From Candidatus Pacebacteria bacterium CG10_big_fil_rev_8_21_14_0_10_44_54 (lineage in GTDB: Bacteria > Patescibacteriota > Microgenomatia > UBA1400 > PJMF01), in contig PFDI01000006.1 in the NCBI GenBank assembly GCA_002772695.1, forward strand, positions 1,214 to 65,213: a stretch of 64,000 nt of DNA, given 5' to 3'. Below are positions 19,045 to 27,507 of the stretch, in pieces. The translations under genes were made by a program, and so were the position numbers. The notes under the pieces are model-generated. The model had not been told where the DNA came from, ran no database searches, and saw only the letters and a program-made list of their open reading frames with translations. How positions within the stretch are numbered: the stretch's first letter is position 1; every line of letters starts with the position of its first letter.

Positions 19045-19406
19045 TTAAACTTGAACCAGCAGTCGTGATCCAAGACACTCCTGCAATAAACACGACACCC
19101 GCATCAAAACAGACAACTGAATACATACTGTACTATCTGCTGGGAGCTCTTGAAGTACTGCTCGGTTTCCGACTCATTCTCAAGTTGCTGGGAGCTAGCG
19201 CGAGCAGTGGTTTTGTAGACGCAATTTATGCTGTCAGCGGCATATTTATTCTCCCCTTTGAAGGTATTTTTAGCAGGGGGTATACGCAGGGTGTCGAGAC
19301 CACTGCTGTGCTAGAACCATCAACCATAGTTGCTATGATTGTCTACGGAATGCTTGTTTGGGGGATTAGTAATCTTTGGCATATTTTGAAAAAGGAGCAG
19401 TCATGA
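19032..19406 (+). CDS. small polytopic membrane protein, possibly YggT-like
   Basis: 124 aa with three hydrophobic helices. It overlaps both the upstream and downstream ORFs, consistent with one operon. Confidence 0.5.
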   Translation: MAEVIKLEPAVVIQDTPAINTTPASKQTTEYILYYLLGALEVLLGFRLILKLLGASASSGFVDAIYAVSGIFILPFEGIFSRGYTQGVETTAVLEPSTIVAMIVYGMLVWGISNLWHILKKEQS

Positions 19407-19546
19407 ATCTTTCACTCACCACATTGAGTCCGGTAACAGCCTTAATTTTTGGAGTGTTAATCTTACTGTTTCCCCGATTTTTAAACTACCTGATTGCAGG
19501 ATATCTCATCATCACAGCGCTCATTGGTTTGGGTGTATTTAACTAG
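19403..19546 (+). CDS. tiny 2-TM membrane protein (47 aa, DUF3096-like)
   Basis: MNLSLTTLSPVTALIFGVLILLFPRFLNYLIAGYLIITALIGLGVFN. The ATGA overlaps the previous stop. It is absent from the ORF track because it is shorter than 60 aa. Confidence 0.35.
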   Translation: MNLSLTTLSPVTALIFGVLILLFPRFLNYLIAGYLIITALIGLGVFN

Positions 19547-19570
19547 AAGTAACAGTACGAAAGACATAGT

Positions 19571-19915
19571 ATGCTCACCATTATAGTATTACTCGTCGTG
19601 GGCTCTGCCCTTGCCTATATCTCAAAGTTTAATATCATGCCAGTTACAGTCAACTTTGGTAGGTATGCCGTTACCGATGTTCCGCTTTTTTATGTCATTA
19701 TCGGATCTGTCACTGTTGGCTTGGTGGTGTCGTACCTTTTTTACCTTGTCAATGCAATTGCAACTTCACTCAAACTCCGTGGCAAAGACCAGGAAATTAA
19801 GAAACATAAAAATATCGTGCTGTCGCTAACGAAGCGCGTGCACCAACTGGAGCTGGAACATGAAAAACAAAAAACCGACGCCTCGTTTGAACCAAGTGAT
19901 GAAAATGCATTGTGA
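19571..19915 (+). CDS. LapA-domain (DUF1049) small membrane protein
   Basis: Two N-terminal TM helices followed by a charged coiled-coil tail. This architecture is typical of the LapA/YciS family. Confidence 0.55.
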   Translation: MLTIIVLLVVGSALAYISKFNIMPVTVNFGRYAVTDVPLFYVIIGSVTVGLVVSYLFYLVNAIATSLKLRGKDQEIKKHKNIVLSLTKRVHQLELEHEKQKTDASFEPSDENAL

Positions 19916-20379
19916 GAAGAGTGTTGGCAAAACTATGGAAGGCGTGTCACTTTCCAAAAAAGATACAGCTATTTATCATGCGTTGCTCTCAGGAACAGTT
20001 TCTCATTGGGGTAACAGGAATTATTTTTAACCATAAAAATGAAGTGTTGTTATTTAAGCATGTGTACCGATCTCACTCATGGAGTTTGCCCGGTGGCTAC
20101 ATGAAGTCTGGTGAACACCCAAGAGAAGCACTCGAGAGAGAGATCAAAGAAGAGTCGGGGCTTGTGGTGAGTGTAGACAAACAGCTTAAGACGCGAACCG
20201 ACCGAGACAGCCCACGACTTGATATATGCTACATTGGAGTTCTCGTTGGCGGAGAGTTTGCTTCTTCTTCAGAAGTCTCTGAATTTGGATTTTTTACCTT
20301 GTCTACTTTGCCCTTGCTTCGAAAAAACCAGGTATTTTTGATTCACGAGGCTTTTAATTCTCTTCCTTTAAATTCCTAA
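19912..20379 (+). CDS. NUDIX hydrolase
   Basis: Nudix box LPGGYMKSGEHPREALEREIKEESGL (Gx5Ex7REUxEExGU). An alternative start lies at the internal Met (MRCSQEQ). Confidence 0.8.
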   Translation: MRRVLAKLWKACHFPKKIQLFIMRCSQEQFLIGVTGIIFNHKNEVLLFKHVYRSHSWSLPGGYMKSGEHPREALEREIKEESGLVVSVDKQLKTRTDRDSPRLDICYIGVLVGGEFASSSEVSEFGFFTLSTLPLLRKNQVFLIHEAFNSLPLNS

Positions 20380-20618
20380 TTCTGAGGTTACGGGCAATCC
20401 AATCGTTTTCAGCTCGTTTCTAGCGTACTGTTTGACCATGAGTTAGTTGGATGTATAGATCTAGCATTTCATGAAATCAGCAAAAAACTTGCAGTAGTTG
20501 CAGACAATTGGGCCTCTGCAGCAAAATTGTTGAACCAAGTTATGGAAGACAGAAAAGTCTAATTCTACAGTGTAAATCAAAACTTTGAACGTATCTAAAA
20601 CCTAATTGCCTGCTAGTG

Positions 20619-20692
20619 TCGGGGTGACTGGACTCGAACCAGCGATCTCGCGACCCCCAGCCGCGCATTCTAGCCATCTGAACTACACCCCG
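20619..20692 (-). tRNA. tRNA-Pro (anticodon GGG)
   Basis: The reverse complement CGGGGTGTAGTTCAGATGGCTAGAATGCGCGGCTGGGGGTCGCGAGATCGCTGGTTCGAGTCCAGTCACCCCGA folds as a cloverleaf: a 7-bp acceptor stem (CGGGGTG/CACCCCG), an anticodon stem CGCGG/TCGCG with loop CTGGGGG (GGG anticodon after U33), and a T-arm GCTGG-TTCGAGT-CCAGT. CCA is not encoded. Confidence 0.8.
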
Positions 20693-20809
20693 TTTTGTTT
20701 CGTAACAGAATCCTACACTTTACGTAACACTTGGAATGTACTATACATCCTAGTACAAAGTTTTTATAGTAAAAAACCCAAAAATACATCTACCAAGCAA
20801 AGGAAAACT

Positions 20810-21856
20810 ATGCCAAAACCAACGGTAAAAAAAACATCCGACACCCCAAAACTAACCGATGAGCAATCTGCAAAACGCCAGGCAGTTTCTATCGCCATGC
20901 AGCAGATCGAAAAGGAATTTGGCAAAGGCTCAATTATGAAGATGGGCGACTCGCTCAAACACATGGCTACCATTCCTGTTGTATCTTCTGGATCACTTGC
21001 GCTCAACCTTGCGCTTGGTGTTGGCGGCTACCCCAAAGGCAGAGTGGTAGAAATTTATGGACCAGAGGCATCAGGCAAAACTACGCTCTGTTTACACGCC
21101 ATTGCAGCGGTACAGAAACAAGGGGGTACGGCTGCATTTGTCGATGTAGAACACGCATTAGACCCTCTTCGAGCCAAGCGTATCGGCGTCAACCTAGAAG
21201 ACCTACTAATTTCACAGCCAGATTATGGTGAGCAGGCACTCGAAATTGCCGAAACTCTCATCCGCTCTGGTGGTGTCGACATTGTTATTGTCGACTCTGT
21301 TGCAGCTTTAGTGCCAAAATCAGAAATTGAGGGTGAGATGGGAGATGCCCAAATGGGCGTGCAAGCGAGACTGATGTCTCAAGCAATGCGAAAATTGACT
21401 GCGGCCATCAGTCGCACTAACACGCTCGTTATGTTTACCAACCAAATTCGCATGAAGATCGGCGTCATGTTTGGCAGCCCCGAGACAACAACTGGTGGAA
21501 ATGCACTCAAGTTCTATGCTTCACAACGTCTTGATATTCGCAAAATTGGCAATATTCAAGAAGGTGAAAAGGTTGTCGGTAGTCGTCACCGCGTGCGAGT
21601 CAAGAAAAATAAAGTTGCCCCCCCATTTCAAGTGGCCGAATTTGACATGGACGAAAACGGGATCTCAATGACCGGTGACACAGTAGATATCGGCGCTATG
21701 GAGAACGTTATCGAGAAAAGCGGCAGCTTCTACAAGTATGAAGGTGAAGTGCTCGCGCAAGGACGTGAAGCAACCAAAACTTACCTGGCAGAACACCCAG
21801 ATTTACTCAAGAAAATTCAAAAAGAAATCTGGCAAAAAATCAAGCAGTCCGATTGA
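20810..21856 (+). CDS. recA: recombinase RecA
   Basis: Start set at MPKPTVKK, preceded by AAGGAAA. The longer ORF from 20606 runs antisense through the tRNA. Walker [10 protein letters not shown], and the L1/L2 loops and FDMDENGIS region typical of RecA. Confidence 0.95.
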   Translation: MPKPTVKKTSDTPKLTDEQSAKRQAVSIAMQQIEKEFGKGSIMKMGDSLKHMATIPVVSSGSLALNLALGVGGYPKGRVVEIYGPEASGKTTLCLHAIAAVQKQGGTAAFVDVEHALDPLRAKRIGVNLEDLLISQPDYGEQALEIAETLIRSGGVDIVIVDSVAALVPKSEIEGEMGDAQMGVQARLMSQAMRKLTAAISRTNTLVMFTNQIRMKIGVMFGSPETTTGGNALKFYASQRLDIRKIGNIQEGEKVVGSRHRVRVKKNKVAPPFQVAEFDMDENGISMTGDTVDIGAMENVIEKSGSFYKYEGEVLAQGREATKTYLAEHPDLLKKIQKEIWQKIKQSD

Positions 21857-22041
21857 CTCTCTGCCACATAAGCAGTACAATCGAAGCCGTATTCCTACAA
21901 GGAAGTAGAAAAAAATAAAAGCAAAACAATGTCCGTATGAATCAATACTTTGACGCTCTATTAGCCCGCAGTGTTTAAATAACTCCGGGTCGTGCTTTTT
22001 TCTCTTTCCTCTAGGTTTGTCACTATAAGACAAGGAGTTTT

Positions 22042-23601
22042 ATGTCATTATTTAGCAATTTATCGTCGCTGTTTGGTCCCCAGACACAACAAAGCAAACT
22101 ACGCCCCACACTATCAGGCAAGTTAAAAAACAAAAAAAATAAAGTTACAGTCCCTGCACCAGCGCCACTTGCGCCAAAAAAACAACTGTCACCGCCTCAA
22201 CCAGATCACAATATACAAGAAAAGGCTCGTGAAATTATTGTCGAGGCCAAAGCTGAGGCGTTGGCCATCCGAAGCAGGGCAGAGCGCGAAACACAAGCAC
22301 ATGCACAAAAGCTGGAAGAACAACAGCGACAACTCAATCAAAAGCTAGATCGAATTGATGAGCGACTCTCCAACATGGACAAACGTGAAGGAGATCTTGA
22401 GAAACAACGCAAAGAAATTGAGAAAAAAAATCAAGAACTAGCTGAAGAGCGAGTCAAGCTCATCAAAAAACTGGAAAGTGTCGCCGAACTTACCCGAGAG
22501 GAAGCGAGAAAGTCACTTTTTGCAGACCTTGACGAACAACTCAGCAAAGAAAAAGCACGCTTTATCAGGCAAAAGGAAGAAGAAACTAAAGAAGAAGCAG
22601 ATAGTAAGGTACAAGAAATCTTGATTGACGCCATGAAACATGGTGCCACCGATTATGTTCCAGAGTACACCATCTCTGTTGTACAACTGCCTTCGGAAGA
22701 GATTAAAGGAAAAATCATCGGTAAATCTGGGAGAAACATCAATGCATTCGAGCACGAAACGGGCGTCGATCTTGATCTAGATACAGCGCCAACCGAAGTC
22801 CGCCTGTCTTGTTTTGATCCAGTCAGAAGAGAAATTGCGCGGATTGCTCTCGAGCGACTGATCAAAGATGGTCGTATTCAACCTACTCGCATCGAAGAAG
22901 TGGTCGCAAAAGTCCGACAAGAAATTGATAAAGTTACCTTCGAAGCCGGCAAGAAACTTTGTCATGAGCTTGGTGTCTATAACTTACCAGTTGATCTCAT
23001 GAAATTGCTCGGCAAGTTTAAATTCCGCTTCTCGTACGGTCAAAATATGATTGCCCACACGCTTGAAGAGACGCAGATTGGTATTAAACTTGCCAGCGAA
23101 CTTGGCCTAGATGTCAACACGGTCAAACTCGGCTGTCTATTTCATGACATTGGAAAAGTGTCGGAAGAAGCAGAAGGCAGTCATGTCGAACTCGGTGTCA
23201 AAATTGCTAAACAGTTTAAATTACCCCAAGCAGTGGTCGATTGTATTGCGCAGCATCACGAAGATGAGCCATTCTCTGGTCCAGAACAAACCCTTGTATA
23301 CATTGCAGATGCTATCTCGGGTGCTCGACCGGGCGCGCGGTACGAAAACTATGATGCCTACGTTAAACGCTTACAGCAATTAGAGGAAATCGCCACAAAT
23401 CATCCACAGGTCAAACAAGCCTATGCTATTCAGGCAGGTCGGGAGGTACGTGTCATCCTTATGCCAGAGCAATCAAAGGATGATGACGTAACTGTCTTGA
23501 GCGCAAAAATTCGTGACGAGATAAAAACTAACATGACGTATCCTGGTACTGTCACAGTTTCTGTTATCAGAGAAGTTCGCGCAAATGCGGTAGCAACCTA
23601 A
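22042..23601 (+). CDS. rny: ribonuclease Y (KH + HD domains)
   Basis: Coiled-coil N-region, KH domain (IIGKSGRNINAFEHETGVDLDLD) and HD domain (HTLEETQIGIKLA...LFHDIGK). The RBS AAGGAG lies 7 nt upstream of the ATG. No N-terminal TM helix is visible. Confidence 0.9.
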   Translation: MSLFSNLSSLFGPQTQQSKLRPTLSGKLKNKKNKVTVPAPAPLAPKKQLSPPQPDHNIQEKAREIIVEAKAEALAIRSRAERETQAHAQKLEEQQRQLNQKLDRIDERLSNMDKREGDLEKQRKEIEKKNQELAEERVKLIKKLESVAELTREEARKSLFADLDEQLSKEKARFIRQKEEETKEEADSKVQEILIDAMKHGATDYVPEYTISVVQLPSEEIKGKIIGKSGRNINAFEHETGVDLDLDTAPTEVRLSCFDPVRREIARIALERLIKDGRIQPTRIEEVVAKVRQEIDKVTFEAGKKLCHELGVYNLPVDLMKLLGKFKFRFSYGQNMIAHTLEETQIGIKLASELGLDVNTVKLGCLFHDIGKVSEEAEGSHVELGVKIAKQFKLPQAVVDCIAQHHEDEPFSGPEQTLVYIADAISGARPGARYENYDAYVKRLQQLEEIATNHPQVKQAYAIQAGREVRVILMPEQSKDDDVTVLSAKIRDEIKTNMTYPGTVTVSVIREVRANAVAT

Positions 23602-23628
23602 AAAAGTAGGTTATACTAGAGAATCATT

Positions 23629-23847
23629 ATGAAAGAATTTTGGCTCGCTCTGCAAATCGTCATCTCAATTTTTTTGATTGCAGCGATTCTTTTGCAATCA
23701 CAAGGCTCGGGCTTGGGAGCAACTTGGGGCGGAGGAGGTGAGACGTACCATACTAGAAGAGGTTTAGAAAAAGTTTTGTTTTACCTTACAATGGCTGGAG
23801 TGGTATTGTTTATTGTAGCTGCCCTCGGGGTTGTATCCACTCGATAG
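23629..23847 (+). CDS. secG: preprotein translocase subunit SecG
   Basis: 72 aa. TM1, then LLQSQGSGLGATWGGGGE (the SecG Gly-rich loop), then TM2. Confidence 0.8.
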   Translation: MKEFWLALQIVISIFLIAAILLQSQGSGLGATWGGGGETYHTRRGLEKVLFYLTMAGVVLFIVAALGVVSTR

Positions 23848-23853
23848 AAAATT

Positions 23854-25257
23854 ATGCGCAAGGCATACTGGTACGTAAGCGCTTACATTCGAAAACGTGG
23901 GTTGATGGTGGCTCTTTCACTTGTGATCGCTCTTAGTTTTTTCTCTTTTGTTGTCCCTATTATTGCAAGCAGACTAGAAAAGCGCGAGCAGTTTTATATT
24001 GGCATTATTGGTCAGTACACGATTTATGACTTGCCAGATATTGTTGCTGATCAACTCAGCGTAGGACTAACCACCATTACCGAAGATGGTGAAGTCATGC
24101 CGGTATTAGCGCAACGTTGGGCAGTTGAACAAAGTGGCAAAACATATCGCTTCGTGCTCAAAGATAATCTTGTCTGGAGTGATGGTGAAAAAATCAAGGC
24201 AGATGAAATCAATTTTGATCTAAAAGACACAAGCATTTCTGCAACAGAAAATGATCTCATTTTTCAGCTCCCTGCTGAGTTTTCACCATTTCCAAGCTTG
24301 GTTGCAAAACCACTTATAAAAATAGTCGACCAAAATCTAGCCTTCTCTCGCAAGCGACCACTGCCAGTAGGCATTGGTGCTCACCACGTGAGCGATTATA
24401 AAACTAAAAATAACCGACTCTCAGAATTAGTAGTAGATAGTGAAAACAAGCGATATGTCTATAGGTTCTTTCAGACTGAAGAGGATGCACTGATTGCATT
24501 TAAACAAGGAAAAATTGATCTTTTACTAGATCTTGTCAAACACCATGAGATTTTTGAGTGGCCAACGGTCGTAACGTCACCAAAACTAAATACAAATCAA
24601 TACGTAGCAATTTTTTTTAATCTGCAAGACCCACTGATGTCAAAAAATATTCGTCAGGCACTCTCGTACGCTACGAGTAAGCCAACAGACGCAACTCGAG
24701 CTATCGGCCCGATCAGCTCGAATTCTTGGGCATATCTTCCTGGTGCCAAAAATTATGAGAAGGACTGGGAGCGTGGACTCGAGCGATTGCTCGACGAACC
24801 GCCGCAACTCCCCCTTGTATTTACCCTCACAACTACTCCAACTTTTTCGAGTAAAGGTGATGAAATAAAAAAGGAGTGGGAAGAATTTGGCAAGTATGCT
24901 GCAGAAACATGTGCTTCTGCCAAGGAGGTTGAGGATAAAAACCTCTGTGAAAACATGCGCATTGCAGTCACACTCAAAGTTGTAAACTTTCCTGACACCA
25001 ATGATTTTCAACTACTACTCATAGGCCAAGAATCTACACCTGATCCTGATCAATACCATCTTTGGCACTCTGATCAAAGCACGAACTTCACCAATTATAA
25101 AAACACCCGCATTGACAACCTGCTCGAAAAAGGCAGACAAACCTTTGACCAAGTAGAGCGCAAAAAAATCTACCAAGAGTTTCAACAATTTATCCTCGAA
25201 GACCCACCCGCAATATTTTTGGAATACTTGCAAACGTACGATATCAGCAGAAAATAA
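23854..25257 (+). CDS. extracellular solute-binding protein, family 5 (peptide/nickel-type SBP), membrane-anchored
   Basis: N-terminal TM/signal anchor. Length and pattern are consistent with SBP_bac_5. No cognate permease or ATPase genes lie adjacent. Confidence 0.65.
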   Translation: MRKAYWYVSAYIRKRGLMVALSLVIALSFFSFVVPIIASRLEKREQFYIGIIGQYTIYDLPDIVADQLSVGLTTITEDGEVMPVLAQRWAVEQSGKTYRFVLKDNLVWSDGEKIKADEINFDLKDTSISATENDLIFQLPAEFSPFPSLVAKPLIKIVDQNLAFSRKRPLPVGIGAHHVSDYKTKNNRLSELVVDSENKRYVYRFFQTEEDALIAFKQGKIDLLLDLVKHHEIFEWPTVVTSPKLNTNQYVAIFFNLQDPLMSKNIRQALSYATSKPTDATRAIGPISSNSWAYLPGAKNYEKDWERGLERLLDEPPQLPLVFTLTTTPTFSSKGDEIKKEWEEFGKYAAETCASAKEVEDKNLCENMRIAVTLKVVNFPDTNDFQLLLIGQESTPDPDQYHLWHSDQSTNFTNYKNTRIDNLLEKGRQTFDQVERKKIYQEFQQFILEDPPAIFLEYLQTYDISRK

Positions 25258-27507
25258 TCACAAACGCCTTCGCCATTTGCGAACTAGCTCAAATACGCGC
25301 ACTACCCAAAACCGTGGCGAGAGCGGAATATCCTGTGCTTCAAGGTATTGCACCTCTCTCCCACCAAAACCACGCTTAAATAATGATACTCCTGCAAATC
25401 GATGTCCTTTCACACCAGGTGGAGCAACGCCCCAAAGGTTATAACTTTGACAACCGTGTTGTTTTGCTTCGATGATGACGCGCCACTGAACTGCATAGGA
25501 ACCTGGTAATTTAGTGTTAGCGTCAGTTGAAACACCATAGTGATAGACTGCTTGCTGGTGATACATCAGTACAAATGCAGAGGCAAGTAGTTGCTCACCT
25601 TGATAAGCAGAGACTAAAATTGCCTGATTATTTTCTGCAAATATGCGAAATTGTTCAACTAAAAAATCATAGCTAAATGGCACAAAATCGTGTCTGGCTG
25701 CCACCAACCGCTGTTCCTCATAAAACTGTTTGATTGCGCTCGGATCACGAGAAACAGTGGTTCTAATTCCCAATTTTTCTGCTTTTTTGATTGCCGAACG
25801 GGTGTTCTTGCGCATTTGTGCCAAGATTTGCTCATTATCTTTGGCAAGATCGATCTCTATGGTTCTATCTGCCGTCACATGCATAGCAGCAGGTACTGCG
25901 CCTAGTTGAGCTGCTTGGGCTCGAGCACCAGGGTTCTCGAGCACCTGCGGTCTAAATCTAAGAAAAGAACAGCCGTGCTGTTTTGCAATTGTCCGCAAAT
26001 GAGAAAAAAAAGCCGAAGCAACCAATATGCGATCCCAATCTAACAATGGTCCGCCCGGTAAGCTGCAGTAAGTACCGCGTCGCGCTCGCTCAAAAATCAT
26101 AAGTGCTACACCAATCAAATTACTTTTCTCATACAAGCCAATTCGAGCAATCTCTTTGCCAAGTTTTCGCTGAAACTCTCCCCAGTGCCAGGATTGCAGG
26201 AAATTCGCCTCTACTCGATTTGCCAACCAATCTTCCCAAATTTCTTTTTTGGTTATTTCTCTCACGACGTAGTCCTGTTGTATATCCAATTGCCCCAAGA
26301 TCACAGTCGCCAAACGAGCCGCAACTTGTGGTGTAATCTGGCGATGTGTGGGAAGTGTAAAGACAGTACTAGCAAGTGCCTCAGCTGCCAAACAACTCCC
26401 TACTTGATACGTTGTATTCCACTTGGTGCTGCCTGCATCTACAGCAGACCGATACCAGCGATCAGATAAGTAGAAATTATGTTTTTTTAACTCTGCTGTC
26501 AAAGTGGCTGGATCTCTAGCTATGATGGCAAAGCGCAGCGGCGAAAGCTTGTCTGTTGTTGCTGGCGAGACGGCGTACTGAAAAAGAAAACGCTCATAAA
26601 TGGCCGCAATTTTTGCCCGATGCTCTAAAGCCTGTGACAATGAATGCAACTGCTCAAAGACCAATCGAGCCTGTCCCACAGAAAGCTTCTCAAAAAGTGG
26701 TGTGGTGCGAAGCACTGGAGAGGTAATGATGCCAAAAGATACAGCGACTCGCTGCAATACTTTGCCCAAACCAAGTGAGAATGTAGCTCGTATTATCACT
26801 GTCAAAAGCGGATAGAATGCCTGGCGCCAGTCACTACGTGAGCGCAGTAAGTGCCGACTGGGCTCTTCTACGAGTAGGTTTTTGCGAAATAAACAGCAGC
26901 CACCTGCAACGACATCAATCACTTTATCTCTACCAAACGAAGTGACAACAATATCTCCAAAACTACCCAGTAATTTTTTATCCGATGTATGACTGCCAAA
27001 AGATTGAGCTAGGTCCTCTATGAGCAATAAGTTATTTTTGTTACACCAATCACGGATTGCGACAATAGCTGCCGGATAACCAAGTAGGTGTTGGACTAAA
27101 ACTACTCTTGCATCTGGATTGGCAGCAAATGCTTTCTGCAGGGTTTCGACATTCAAATTGATTGAGTGTTCAGCGAGATCGACAAAAACCGGTTGTAGTT
27201 TTGCCCCCAAAATTGCCTCCTCTATCGCAGCACATGTAAAGGCTTGTGTCAGCACTTTTGCATTCTGTGGCAGTGACAAAGCTTGGAGTGAAAACTGAAT
27301 TGCATCGCGACCAGTGGAAAAAAAGTATGGATCAGTAAACTCAGGAAAGTACTCAAGCAATTTAGCACTCAAGTCTGTTTGTGTTTGCCTCAAATTTGGA
27401 GGAAATATATACCACCACAATGCCTGACAGGCAAATTTCAGCGAGTAATTTGACCCAAGGCTACCAAAAATAGGAACAGTCTGATTCATAAATGCTCTGT
27501 TAGCCAT
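25258..27507 (-). CDS. bifunctional fusion of an N-terminal DegT/DnrJ/EryC1/StrS-family PLP sugar aminotransferase and a C-terminal FemAB-family (FemX-like, GNAT-fold) aminoacyl-tRNA-dependent transferase
   Basis: The N-terminal half has the DegT pattern (VLTQAFTCAAIEEAILGAKLQPVFVD...LLLIEDLAQSFGS...GSFGDIVVTSFGRDKVID with a putative PLP-binding Lys). The C-terminal ~335 aa starts with FLQSWHWGEFQRKLG and continues with YHYGVS...NLWGV, which is FemAB/FemX-like. It is one uninterrupted 749-aa ORF. Confidence 0.75.
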   Translation of the reverse strand: MANRAFMNQTVPIFGSLGSNYSLKFACQALWWYIFPPNLRQTQTDLSAKLLEYFPEFTDPYFFSTGRDAIQFSLQALSLPQNAKVLTQAFTCAAIEEAILGAKLQPVFVDLAEHSINLNVETLQKAFAANPDARVVLVQHLLGYPAAIVAIRDWCNKNNLLLIEDLAQSFGSHTSDKKLLGSFGDIVVTSFGRDKVIDVVAGGCCLFRKNLLVEEPSRHLLRSRSDWRQAFYPLLTVIIRATFSLGLGKVLQRVAVSFGIITSPVLRTTPLFEKLSVGQARLVFEQLHSLSQALEHRAKIAAIYERFLFQYAVSPATTDKLSPLRFAIIARDPATLTAELKKHNFYLSDRWYRSAVDAGSTKWNTTYQVGSCLAAEALASTVFTLPTHRQITPQVAARLATVILGQLDIQQDYVVREITKKEIWEDWLANRVEANFLQSWHWGEFQRKLGKEIARIGLYEKSNLIGVALMIFERARRGTYCSLPGGPLLDWDRILVASAFFSHLRTIAKQHGCSFLRFRPQVLENPGARAQAAQLGAVPAAMHVTADRTIEIDLAKDNEQILAQMRKNTRSAIKKAEKLGIRTTVSRDPSAIKQFYEEQRLVAARHDFVPFSYDFLVEQFRIFAENNQAILVSAYQGEQLLASAFVLMYHQQAVYHYGVSTDANTKLPGSYAVQWRVIIEAKQHGCQSYNLWGVAPPGVKGHRFAGVSLFKRGFGGREVQYLEAQDIPLSPRFWVVRVFELVRKWRRRL

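Noticed and set aside
20380-20618. A 240-nt noncoding gap between the NUDIX gene and tRNA-Pro, considered as a possible small RNA or CRISPR leader
   Set aside because: It has no repeats, no convincing conserved-structure hallmarks, and no flanking cas-like genes. The only short dyad is TTGCAG...CTGCAA. It cannot be supported from sequence alone.
20606-20809. A long N-terminal extension of the recA ORF ([25 protein letters not shown]...)
   Set aside because: It runs antisense through the tRNA-Pro gene and has no RBS. The internal ATG at 20810 is preceded by AAGGAAA and gives the canonical RecA N-terminus.
21857-22041. Possible rho-independent terminator after recA (GCCCGCAG...CCGGGTCGTGCTTTTTTCTC around 21960-22000)
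   Set aside because: The stem is only 4-5 bp and imperfect. The T-run is present, but the hairpin is too weak to call confidently.
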